In this document: one piece after another, positions 18,634-26,884 of the stretch
Numbering within the stretch: the first letter of the stretch is position 1
How the letters are laid out: every line of letters starts with the position of its first letter
Source: Chlamydiota bacterium
Lineage (GTDB): Bacteria; Auribacterota; Tritonobacteria; UBA1439
Direction of reading: 5' to 3'
Assembly (NCBI GenBank): GCA_037133055.1
Contig: JBAXOY010000030.1
Coordinates: 1-27,703, forward strand
Length of the DNA stretch: 27,703 nt
Position numbers and translations under genes: made by a program
Notes under the pieces: model-generated
Database searches by the model: none
What the model saw: the letters and a program-made list of their open reading frames with translations, nothing else
What the model was told of the DNA's origin: nothing

Positions 18634-18681
18634 CGTGTTCCTCCAACGCTGCGGGTTGTTGTGGAAGGAATGTCCGCGCGG

Positions 18682-18698
18682 TGTGCTATAATAGCACA
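18682..18698. promoter_or_regulatory. Symmetric extended -10 element (putative bidirectional promoter)
   Basis: TGTGCTAT-A-ATAGCACA perfect palindrome. Reads TG-C-TATAAT on + and TG-C-TATTAT on -, between divergent genes. Confidence 0.7.
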
Positions 18699-18701
18699 GT
18701 C

Positions 18702-20948
18702 ATGAGAACAAAGGCCCTTATCGCGATTTCCCTCCTCGTCGCGGTTCCCGGCTGCGCCGTTATGGGCGGGCGCGGCGCCTGCGGCGACGCGACGGCCCGC
18801 CTGATGGAACTCGATGCGGCGCTCACCGCCGCGGAGCGCATGTGGACAGAGGCGATCGACGACCCGTGGACGCAGCCCGAACTCGAGCGGAGCTATGCCG
18901 GAATGCAGGAGCTCTGCAGGGAATGCGGGGGGCGCCGCGACGGGTTCGAGACCATGGAGCAGAAGACGCTCTGCGACCGCGTCACGAACCCGTTCGAGAT
19001 CTACTACAACAAGCTGCGCGTGAAGGTGAACAGCCTCGAGGAGCAGATCGAGATCAGGGAGCTCAACGGCGCCGCGGAGCCGGACACCGTCGCCTACGAG
19101 TATCGGCGCTGGCCCTCGAAAGATAATCTGGAGAAGCTCCGGAACATCTTCAACCAGGTCCACCGCTACTACGTGGGAGACCCCTACACCTGGACGAGGT
19201 ATATCAACAAGTACGCGTTCCAGAAGTCGCGGTCTGATCATTTCAGCAAGGATTTTCGCGACCGCGACGGGGAGTACCGGGCGCTTATGGCAGTCCCCGA
19301 TGCGCCACGCCGGCAGGTCCGGCTTGCGCGGAAACGCGCCGAGTTCACCTTCTCGAGACTCAAGGAGGAGTATGCCACCAACGACCTGCCTCCGGCGGGG
19401 GAGGTGAACGCCTTTTTCCGCGCGCATTCCCTCGACGACTACCACCGCTTCGCCGGGGAGGAGGCCGCCCTCGCGAAGGCGCGGTCGGCCGCGGGGAGGC
19501 GGAAGGAGGCGGTGATCTTCGTCCACGGGCTTGGCGAAACGAGGGCGGCCTGGGGGGAGTTCCCCGAGCTGCTTGCGCGGGAGGACACCGTGAACCCGGC
19601 GATGGAGGGGCGCTATTTCAAGGCCTATGTCTTCCAGTACGACACGGTCGAAGACTCGAAGAGCGTCGAGGGATTCAAGAAGGAGCTCGCGGGATTTATC
19701 CGCGACGTGTGCCGCGACGAGGGCGTCGCCCGCGTCCACCTGATCGGCCACAGTTTCGGGACGGTCCTCTGCCTGAAATACATCAACCACGAGGCGGACG
19801 GACTGCTCGAGGGAGTCGACATGACCGACCCGTCCCGCGTTGCCGAGGCGCTTGTGCGCGCCCGTGCCGAGGGCAGGTACGCGCAGACGGTGCAGAGCTT
19901 CATCGCGGTCGCCGGGTCGCTCTCGGGGAGCGAGATCGCCAATATCGCGGGGGACCGCTTCATCCCGAGGGAGCAGCTCTTCCGGAGGACACTCCCCCTC
20001 TTCAGGAGCGGCGTGCCGGGTTACGGGGACATCCAGGTGCGCGAGAACCAGATCGGGAGCGAGGTGAACCTCGCCTCGTTCAGAAGGCTTGATGCCGAGT
20101 GCCCGTTCAATCCCCCGGGACTCCTCCGCTTCCTGCCCGCCGGCGAACGAATCGCCGGGGAACAGTCCGTCGCCGCGCTCCGCGACGCGTCGATCCCCGC
20201 CCTCTGCATCGTGGGGGATCCCGTGAAGATACAGTCACTGGGCACCGGGAATGGGTTACTCAAGATGGGGGAGCTGGGGAAGATATTTCGTGCGGACGGC
20301 CTCGTGCATGTCCTCGGCTCGTTTCAGCGGGATGAGGACGACGGCCTGGTGAAGAGCTATAACGCCAACCTGAACCACGGCTGGATGACCGGAACGGGAG
20401 AGGATATCGGCTACCGCGATGCCGGCGTGCGCTACACCGCGTACGCGCATTTCAGCGTCTGCCGCGTGGACTCCCGCGCGCATCCGGCCTACCGCTATGC
20501 GGTCTCGTTCCTCAACCGGGGACTCCTGCCGCAGATGGAGGCCGCCCGGTACCGGATAGAGTTGTTCGGGACGCTGCTGCGGGTGTTTCCCGAAACGGCC
20601 GACCCGCTGAAGAACCCCGACTCCTTTTTCATGCCGGAGGAGAGGGTCGTCTACCGCAAGGACAGCAAGCTGCTGCTCCCCGCCCTGCGGGTGCATCCGG
20701 TATTCGAGGGCGGCGGGGCCGCGGGGCCCGCCTCGGAGAACGTGAGCCTGAGGCGCCCGGCATGGAACAGGATGACGGGTGTCTATTTCTGCGAGGGCAG
20801 GGTGAGGGATCTGTCGCGCGGAGCGAGGGTGGTATATCGGGTTTCCGCCGACGGGTACGAGGATGCGCTCGTGACCGTCCCCGTGCGGCCGGGCGAGGTG
20901 ACGTACGCGGTCAACGTCGTGCTCAAGAGAGCAGGAGGTCATCGATGA
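18702..20948 (+). CDS. Lipoprotein with alpha/beta-hydrolase (lipase/esterase-like) domain
   Basis: Lipobox-like VPGC; IFVHGLG oxyanion motif, GHSFG nucleophile elbow, DDGLV and YAHF; PEGA-like C-terminal segment. Confidence 0.78.
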   Translation: MRTKALIAISLLVAVPGCAVMGGRGACGDATARLMELDAALTAAERMWTEAIDDPWTQPELERSYAGMQELCRECGGRRDGFETMEQKTLCDRVTNPFEIYYNKLRVKVNSLEEQIEIRELNGAAEPDTVAYEYRRWPSKDNLEKLRNIFNQVHRYYVGDPYTWTRYINKYAFQKSRSDHFSKDFRDRDGEYRALMAVPDAPRRQVRLARKRAEFTFSRLKEEYATNDLPPAGEVNAFFRAHSLDDYHRFAGEEAALAKARSAAGRRKEAVIFVHGLGETRAAWGEFPELLAREDTVNPAMEGRYFKAYVFQYDTVEDSKSVEGFKKELAGFIRDVCRDEGVARVHLIGHSFGTVLCLKYINHEADGLLEGVDMTDPSRVAEALVRARAEGRYAQTVQSFIAVAGSLSGSEIANIAGDRFIPREQLFRRTLPLFRSGVPGYGDIQVRENQIGSEVNLASFRRLDAECPFNPPGLLRFLPAGERIAGEQSVAALRDASIPALCIVGDPVKIQSLGTGNGLLKMGELGKIFRADGLVHVLGSFQRDEDDGLVKSYNANLNHGWMTGTGEDIGYRDAGVRYTAYAHFSVCRVDSRAHPAYRYAVSFLNRGLLPQMEAARYRIELFGTLLRVFPETADPLKNPDSFFMPEERVVYRKDSKLLLPALRVHPVFEGGGAAGPASENVSLRRPAWNRMTGVYFCEGRVRDLSRGARVVYRVSADGYEDALVTVPVRPGEVTYAVNVVLKRAGGHR

Positions 20949-21322
20949 ATCCTATGGTGTGTGCGCTGTTCACCCTTATGCTCGCCACCCAGCCGGGAGG
21001 CGGCAATGATCAGCAGTATAGCTTTTCCGCAGGCGCGGGCACATTCTACGCGCTGCGCCACCACAAACCGGGGGCCGCACCGTACGTGGAAGTGATTGGA
21101 TCGGATATCGCGATGAATCGGGCCAAGAAACAGGCGCGCGAGGGCGGCTACACCCTGGACATCAAGGGCCCGTTCGGGGGGCATAGAGAGGCATTGACGT
21201 TTATCAGGGAGGAGTGGGAGCGCTGCTACGGCGCTCCGAAAAAGCCGATGTATGGCGGCACCCCACTCCCCCACGTTACCCGTAGCCCCGTAGATGTGAA
21301 GGCGTACCTGGACAGCCAATGA
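20945..21322 (+). CDS. Hypothetical protein (125 aa, hydrophobic N-terminus)
   Basis: AGGAGG ribosome-binding site; ATGA overlaps with both neighbours. Confidence 0.65.
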   Translation: MNPMVCALFTLMLATQPGGGNDQQYSFSAGAGTFYALRHHKPGAAPYVEVIGSDIAMNRAKKQAREGGYTLDIKGPFGGHREALTFIREEWERCYGAPKKPMYGGTPLPHVTRSPVDVKAYLDSQ

Positions 21323-21879
21323 GCCGCGCCCGCTTCCTGTGGAACTTCGTCCGGAGCCCGCGGCAGGTGGGTTCGGTGACGCCCAGCAGCCGGTGGCTGT
21401 GCCGGCGCCTTCTCGCCGCGGCCGACCTGTCCCGGTGCGGATGCGTCGTCGAGTTCGGCCCCGGCACGGCCTGCCTCACCCGGATGATCCTCGATGCGCT
21501 TCCCCCGTCGGCGCGCCTCGTGGCGTTTGAGGTCAATGAGGAATTCGTGCGGATGCTCGGCCGGCAGCTTCCGCACCCGAGGCTCGTGCTCGTCAACGAC
21601 AGCGCGGAGCACGTGGAGCGTTACCTCCGCGCCCGCGGTTTCGAGGAGGCCGATTATATATTCTCCGGGCTTCCGTTCACGACGATCCCCTCGCCGGTCC
21701 GGGAGCGGATACTCCGCGCCGCCCACGCGGCGCTCAAACCGGGCGGGAAGTTCATCGCGTACCAGTACTCGCTTTACCTGCGCCGGACGCTCCGCGGCAT
21801 CTTCGGGGAGGTGCGGATCGGCTTCGAGGCGCGGAACGTTCCCCCGGCGTTCTGCTTCGTCTGCACGAAAAAATCATAG
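21319..21879 (+). CDS. SAM-dependent lipid N-methyltransferase-like protein (PmtA/OlsG-type, COG3963)
   Basis: FVRSPRQVGSVTPSS, VVEFGPGTA, IFSGLPF, YQY and NVPPA motifs. Confidence 0.85.
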   Translation: MSRARFLWNFVRSPRQVGSVTPSSRWLCRRLLAAADLSRCGCVVEFGPGTACLTRMILDALPPSARLVAFEVNEEFVRMLGRQLPHPRLVLVNDSAEHVERYLRARGFEEADYIFSGLPFTTIPSPVRERILRAAHAALKPGGKFIAYQYSLYLRRTLRGIFGEVRIGFEARNVPPAFCFVCTKKS

Positions 21880-21880
21880 G

Positions 21881-21999
21881 CGCCACAGAGATCACAGAGA
21901 CCAGGCATCCGTATCGGCGTAACTAGCTTCCCCATGTACGCCCACACGCCGATACGCCGTCACGCCCACACGGCTTTCCTCTCTGTGCCCTCTGTGGCG
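21881..21999. repeat. Nested inverted and tandem repeat cassette
   Basis: Outer 20-bp inverted repeat (18/20), inner perfect 11-bp inverted repeat, and 4.5 copies of an octamer YACGCCSN. Confidence 0.8.
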
Positions 22000-22013
22000 A
22001 CATGTAATCACCC

Positions 22014-22808
22014 ATGGACAAGCCGATCGGCGTTTTTGACTCGGGCCTCGGGGGCCTTACGGTGGTGCGGCAGCTCCGGAGGCTGCTGCCGGGGGAGGAT
22101 ATCGTCTACTTCGGCGACACCGCGCGGGTGCCCTACGGCAGCAAGTCCCGGGAATCGGTCACGCGGTTTTCGCGGGAGAACTGCCGGTTCCTTCTCGGAC
22201 ACGGAGTCGGGATGATCGTGGTCGCCTGCAACACCTCCTCGGCGCTCGCGCTGGACGCGCTGCGGCGCGAATTCACCCTCCCGCTGCACGATGTGATAGC
22301 CCCCGGCGCCCGCAGGGCCGCGGAGCTCACCCGCTGCGGGAAGATCGGCGTTATCGGCACACACGCGACTATCCGCAGCGGCGCCTACGAGCGGGAGATC
22401 AAAGGGCTCGACGGAGCCCTCACCGTCTACAGCAGGGCCTGCCCTCTTTTTGTCCCGCTCGCGGAGGAGGGGTGGCTCGACAGGCCCGCGACGATCGAGA
22501 TCGCTCGGGAGTATCTCATCCCGCTCAGGGATGCCGGAATAGATCTGCTCATACTCGGCTGCACGCACTACCCGGTCCTCGAAGGCACCATACGGCTTGT
22601 GATGGGGGACCGGGTGACGCTGGTCGATTCGGGCCTGAGCTGCGCGGAGGCGGTGCGCGGGGCCGGCGATGCTCCGGCGGAGGCGTGGCGGCGGGGCCGC
22701 GTGCGGTATTTCGTGAGCGACATGCCGGAGAGGTTCCGGGAGATCGGCAGGGTGTTCATGGGCGAGGAGATCCGCGACGTGACCGTGGTCAGCCCGGGCG
22801 CGGAGTGA
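22014..22808 (+). CDS. murI: Glutamate racemase
   Basis: IGVFDSGLGGLTV, GDTARVPYG, VACNTSS and LILGCTHYP motifs. Confidence 0.97.
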   Translation: MDKPIGVFDSGLGGLTVVRQLRRLLPGEDIVYFGDTARVPYGSKSRESVTRFSRENCRFLLGHGVGMIVVACNTSSALALDALRREFTLPLHDVIAPGARRAAELTRCGKIGVIGTHATIRSGAYEREIKGLDGALTVYSRACPLFVPLAEEGWLDRPATIEIAREYLIPLRDAGIDLLILGCTHYPVLEGTIRLVMGDRVTLVDSGLSCAEAVRGAGDAPAEAWRRGRVRYFVSDMPERFREIGRVFMGEEIRDVTVVSPGAE

Positions 22809-22864
22809 AGCGTTGTCCTGCCTCATGCGGACACGAAAGCGCCTGTTGAAGGTCCGGCCCCACC

Positions 22865-23890
22865 ATGAAATCGGTTGCGTTGGTCAAGGGAGACGACCGG
22901 CGGGACAACGTGCGCCGGGCCCTCGAGCTCGTGCAGGCGGACTGCGCACCGCTCATGACGGCGCGGCGGATTCTCATCAAGCCGAACCTGACCGCCACCA
23001 TGATCGCCCACGCGAACACGCACCCGGACGCCGTGCGGGGGATACTGGATTTCATCGCGGCGCTCGCGGACGACTTCCCGCGGAAGGAGATCGCGGTCGT
23101 CGAGGGGAGCGGGAGCGCCTACTACGAGCGGCGCCTTACCCGCGAGGTCTTCGCCGCGTTCGACTACACGGCGCTCGAGGGCGAGTACCCCAACCTGAGG
23201 CTCGTGCCTATCGAGGAGTGCCGTGACTACCTCGAGATACCGGTCCGCTCCATCGCGGGCCCCGAGACCGTCGGGCTCGCCGCGATCGCCCGCGAGTTCG
23301 ACTATGTTATCTCCCTCAATCTCCCCAAGATACACAACTACGCCATCGCCACCGCGGGCATCAAGAATATGATGGGGCTGCTGCGCCAGAGCGACAAGTC
23401 GATGATCCACGGGCTCCGCACCCCGAGCGCCCCGGACGCGGCCTCGCTGATCGGCAGGATCCCGACCGCCTGGATCGCCTGGATGCGGCGAAGGGTCCCG
23501 GCGCTGGTCAACGTCGTCTTCAGGCGCTCCGCCGCGTACCTCAATGCCGTCCGGGTGATCCATCACAACGTCGCCGCCGTGGCCCGGGAAGCGTGGCCGG
23601 ATCTCGTGGTGATCGACGCGTGGGAGGGGATGGAGGGAAACGGGCCGATCGACGGGGGCCGGGTGGAGCTGCGCGCGGCGGTGGCCTCGGCGGACGCCCT
23701 GAAGGCCGACGGCGTGGCGGCGCGCCTGATGGGTTTCGCGCCGGAGGAGATCGGGTATCTCCACTACCTCGCCCGCGAGGGGAGGGGCTCGCTGAGTCTC
23801 GACGGGTTCAGGGGCGAGGAGGTCGCGCGGGTCGCGAGGCCGTTTCTGCGGCATCCCACCTACCCGATCCAGAGGCTGTGGAACACCTGA
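22865..23890 (+). CDS. DUF362 domain-containing protein
   Basis: ILIKPN, THPDAVRG, GIKNMMG, IDAWEGMEGNGP and ARLMGF motifs. Confidence 0.85.
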   Translation: MKSVALVKGDDRRDNVRRALELVQADCAPLMTARRILIKPNLTATMIAHANTHPDAVRGILDFIAALADDFPRKEIAVVEGSGSAYYERRLTREVFAAFDYTALEGEYPNLRLVPIEECRDYLEIPVRSIAGPETVGLAAIAREFDYVISLNLPKIHNYAIATAGIKNMMGLLRQSDKSMIHGLRTPSAPDAASLIGRIPTAWIAWMRRRVPALVNVVFRRSAAYLNAVRVIHHNVAAVAREAWPDLVVIDAWEGMEGNGPIDGGRVELRAAVASADALKADGVAARLMGFAPEEIGYLHYLAREGRGSLSLDGFRGEEVARVARPFLRHPTYPIQRLWNT

Positions 23891-23923
23891 TGGCGCGCCG
23901 GAGGGGCAGGGGGAGGAACGTCC

Positions 23924-24343
23924 ATGAAATCGCATACCGAGTACCTGTGGTTTTCCACGGCTCGCGAGCGGGAGTTCATCAATATCACCCCCCGCGTGGA
24001 GGAGTGCCTCCGGAAGAGCGGCATCCGGGAAGGGCTCTGCCTGGTGAACGCCATGCACATCACCGCGAGCGTGTTCATCAACGACGACGAACGGGGGCTC
24101 CATGAGGATTTCGACGGATGGCTCGAGTCGCTCGCCCCCCATGCTCCGGTATCCCGCTACCGGCATAACGACACGGGGGAGGACAATGCGGACGCGCATC
24201 TCAAGCGGACCGTCATGGGGCGCGAGGTTGTGGTCGCGGTGACGCGCGGGAAGCTCGATTTCGGCCCATGGGAACGAATCTTCTACGGCGAGTTCGACGG
24301 CCGGCGGAAGAAGCGGGTGCTGGTCAAGATACTCGGGGAATAA
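23924..24343 (+). CDS. yjbQ: YjbQ / UPF0047 family protein (secondary thiamine-phosphate synthase)
   Basis: [22 protein letters not shown] and [15 protein letters not shown] motifs; GGAGG upstream. Confidence 0.93.
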   Translation: MKSHTEYLWFSTAREREFINITPRVEECLRKSGIREGLCLVNAMHITASVFINDDERGLHEDFDGWLESLAPHAPVSRYRHNDTGEDNADAHLKRTVMGREVVVAVTRGKLDFGPWERIFYGEFDGRRKKRVLVKILGE

Positions 24344-24861
24344 TGATCACCATCACGCTCGGCGACATCACGCGAGAACACACGGATGCCATCGTGAATG
24401 CCGCGAACTGCGGCCTCCGCGGCGGCGGGGGGGTCGACGGCGCCATCCACAGGGCGGCGGGCCCCTCGGTCATGGAGGAGTGCCGGAAGATCGGGGGCTG
24501 CCCCACGGGGCGGGCGGTCATCACCGGGGCGGGAAATCTTGGAGCGAAGAAGATCATCCACGCCGTGGGCCCGGTCTGGCGCGGGGGCACGCGGGGGGAG
24601 CCGGGGCTTCTCGCCTCCGCGTACGAGAACAGCTTCCTTCTGGCGAAGCGGCACGGGCTCCGCACCATCGCATTCCCCGCCATCAGCACGGGCGTGTACG
24701 GCTATCCGCTGGAGGACGCCGCCGGGATCGCCCTCCGGGAGGGGAAGAGGTTCGAGCGGGATTTTGACGAGATACGCTATGTCTGCTTTTCCGCGCGCGA
24801 CCGAGAGGTGTACGCGCGGGTGTGGGAGGAGCTGCAGGGCGTGGGAGAGGGAAGGGCGTGA
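24343..24861 (+). CDS. Macrodomain O-acetyl-ADP-ribose deacetylase (YmdB-like)
   Basis: GDIT, DAIVNAAN, GGGGVDGAIHRAAG, IIHAVGPVW and FPAISTGVYGYP motifs; TAATG overlap with yjbQ. Confidence 0.93.
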   Translation: MITITLGDITREHTDAIVNAANCGLRGGGGVDGAIHRAAGPSVMEECRKIGGCPTGRAVITGAGNLGAKKIIHAVGPVWRGGTRGEPGLLASAYENSFLLAKRHGLRTIAFPAISTGVYGYPLEDAAGIALREGKRFERDFDEIRYVCFSARDREVYARVWEELQGVGEGRA

Positions 24862-25532
24862 TGAAATGGAGAACGGTTGCCGCGGCGCTCTGCTTCGCGC
24901 GCGCGGTGTGTGCGGCGCCCGTCGGGGAAGCCGCCACATGCCCCGGGTGCGGCGCGGAGGCCGCGCGGGAGTGGAAGTTCTGCCCCTTCTGCGCATCCGG
25001 AGTCCACGCGGGCGTGAAGGACGGGGAGGGGAAGAGGGGCGGCGGCCCCGCGGCGGCGGTCGCCCCCGCGCGGCCTGCGGGAGAGGATGCCATCGGGGAT
25101 TTCGAAGATGAGGCGCAGCGCGCTGAATGGAAGGCCCTCGACGGGTGTGAGGCTGTGCCCGTCGCGGACCACGCGACGAGTGGAAGGTGCGCGCTGAAGA
25201 TTTCCTTTCCTGCGCACCCGGCGGGAGCGCCGTCGCTCCTATGGGAAGGGAAGCCCCGCAACTTCACCGGGTACCGATTCTTCCGGGCCGACGTCTTTAA
25301 CGCCGGGCGGCACCCGCTCAGCCTTTCTCTCAAACTGAAGAGCGGCAGGCACGACAGGCAGACGACGCAGGAATATGAAATCCCGCCTGGGACGCGCGAG
25401 ACGATCGAGCTGCCGCTGCGGAACATCGCAAAGAGGGTCGATCTCCGCGATATCACCTATGTCCATTATTTCATATGGCAGCCCGAGCATAGAGGCATCT
25501 ATTATCTGGACAACATCCGGCTCTCGCGGTAG
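24861..25532 (+). CDS. Exported protein with zinc-ribbon and carbohydrate-binding-like beta-sandwich domain
   Basis: Signal-like N-terminus, CPGC...FCPFC, linker, then IGDFE...ALKISF...YYLDNIRL (galactose-binding-fold-like termini). Confidence 0.65.
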   Translation: MKWRTVAAALCFARAVCAAPVGEAATCPGCGAEAAREWKFCPFCASGVHAGVKDGEGKRGGGPAAAVAPARPAGEDAIGDFEDEAQRAEWKALDGCEAVPVADHATSGRCALKISFPAHPAGAPSLLWEGKPRNFTGYRFFRADVFNAGRHPLSLSLKLKSGRHDRQTTQEYEIPPGTRETIELPLRNIAKRVDLRDITYVHYFIWQPEHRGIYYLDNIRLSR

Positions 25533-25564
25533 TATGCCGCATGGGTCGGGAGGGTGAGCGCGCG

Positions 25565-25990
25565 ATGAATAGAGATGCCGACAAACCGCCACGGGCGCAC
25601 GGCCGCTACCTTCGCATCCCCTCCTGGGCGTCGGTACGCTGCCGGACACTCGCCACGCGCGATCCATCCGCCAGCAGTGTCAGCATAGAGCTCGAGAAGC
25701 ATCGTCCGATCCCGGTGAAAGAGCCGATTGTGCCCGAGGAATTGCACGGCGGCCCCGCCGCGGACGGCCTGTTTTTCGAAGGGGCCGAGTGCCTGTCCCC
25801 GGGCACACTCATCGAGATCGAATTTGCGTTCCAGCCGGACGACGATCTCGTCAGGCTGAGGGGAGAGGTGATCGACGCGAAGCCGTGCGACAACGAGCGC
25901 GACCGGTATCAGATCAGGATGGGGTTCATCGCCGGGACGGAAGCCGAGGTGGACGTCATCGCGCAGTTCGTGAAAAAGTTCTACAGTTGA
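25565..25990 (+). CDS. PilZ-like domain protein
   Basis: GRYLRIP, GLFF, LSPGTLIEIEF, LRGEV and YQIRMGF follow the PilZ strand pattern; binding motifs are degenerate. Confidence 0.55.
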   Translation: MNRDADKPPRAHGRYLRIPSWASVRCRTLATRDPSASSVSIELEKHRPIPVKEPIVPEELHGGPAADGLFFEGAECLSPGTLIEIEFAFQPDDDLVRLRGEVIDAKPCDNERDRYQIRMGFIAGTEAEVDVIAQFVKKFYS

Positions 25991-26077
25991 GGCCCGCGGC
26001 GTCATGGCGCCTCCCTGTCCCCCCGCTCCCCCCAGGCCTCCCGGTGTCCCGCGCGCCGCGACCATGAGGAGTCGAGA

Positions 26078-26884
26078 ATGAAATGGCTGCGACGGATCCC
26101 GCGCGCCCCCTGGATGGTCCTCGCCGCGGCGATCCTCATCGCCGGCTGCTGCCGCCCCCCCGCGCACACCATCACGCAGGTATCCACGATAGGGGCGCTG
26201 CTCGCCGGGGCGTATGACGGGCAGATCGCGTGCGCGGAGCTGCGCCGGTACGGAGACCTTGGCATCGGGACTTTCGATCGGCTCGACGGCGAGATGGTGG
26301 TGCTCGACGGAACGGTGTACCAGATGAGGGCCGACGGCAGCGTGCGCGTGCCCCCCGGCACAACGACCACCCCCACCGCGATGGTGGCCCGGTTCACGCC
26401 GGAGATCGAGGTGCCCCTCGATCGCGGCATGGAGATGCGCGCGTTCGAGGCGCGCATCGACCGCGCATTCCCGGAGATGAACCTCTTCTGCGCGGTGCGG
26501 GCGCGGGGACGTTTTTCGGCGGTGAAGACGCGGAGTGTTACCGCCCAGGAGAAGCCGTACCCGCCGCTTGTCCAGGTGACGAAAGCCCAGTCGGTTTTCG
26601 AGAGGGAAGGGATCTCCGGGACCCTGCTCGGGTTCCGCTCTCCCGGCTACGCCGGCGGGATCACCGTGCCGGGCTATCACCTGCACTTTCTGTCGGACGA
26701 CAGGGCGTTCGGGGGCCACGTCCTCGATTTCACGCTCGATTCGGGGACCGCCGAGATCGACCCGTGCACGCGGTTCCTCCTGGTCCTGCCGGGGGCTGGG
26801 AGCGCGTTCGGGAGGATGGATCTCGGGGGCGACAGGTCGGCGGATCTGGAGACGGCGGAGCGGGCGGACGCCCCTACACGCTGA
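26078..26884 (+). CDS. budA: Alpha-acetolactate decarboxylase with lipoprotein signal
   Basis: QVSTIGALLAGAYDG, GDLGIGTFDRLDGEM and GYHLHFLS...GGHVLD motifs; lipobox IAGC. Confidence 0.92.
   Translation: MKWLRRIPRAPWMVLAAAILIAGCCRPPAHTITQVSTIGALLAGAYDGQIACAELRRYGDLGIGTFDRLDGEMVVLDGTVYQMRADGSVRVPPGTTTTPTAMVARFTPEIEVPLDRGMEMRAFEARIDRAFPEMNLFCAVRARGRFSAVKTRSVTAQEKPYPPLVQVTKAQSVFEREGISGTLLGFRSPGYAGGITVPGYHLHFLSDDRAFGGHVLDFTLDSGTAEIDPCTRFLLVLPGAGSAFGRMDLGGDRSADLETAERADAPTR

Noticed and set aside
26010..26050. C-run-rich intergenic tract (possible G-quadruplex on the minus strand)
   Set aside because: G-runs are common in this GC-rich sequence; no independent support.
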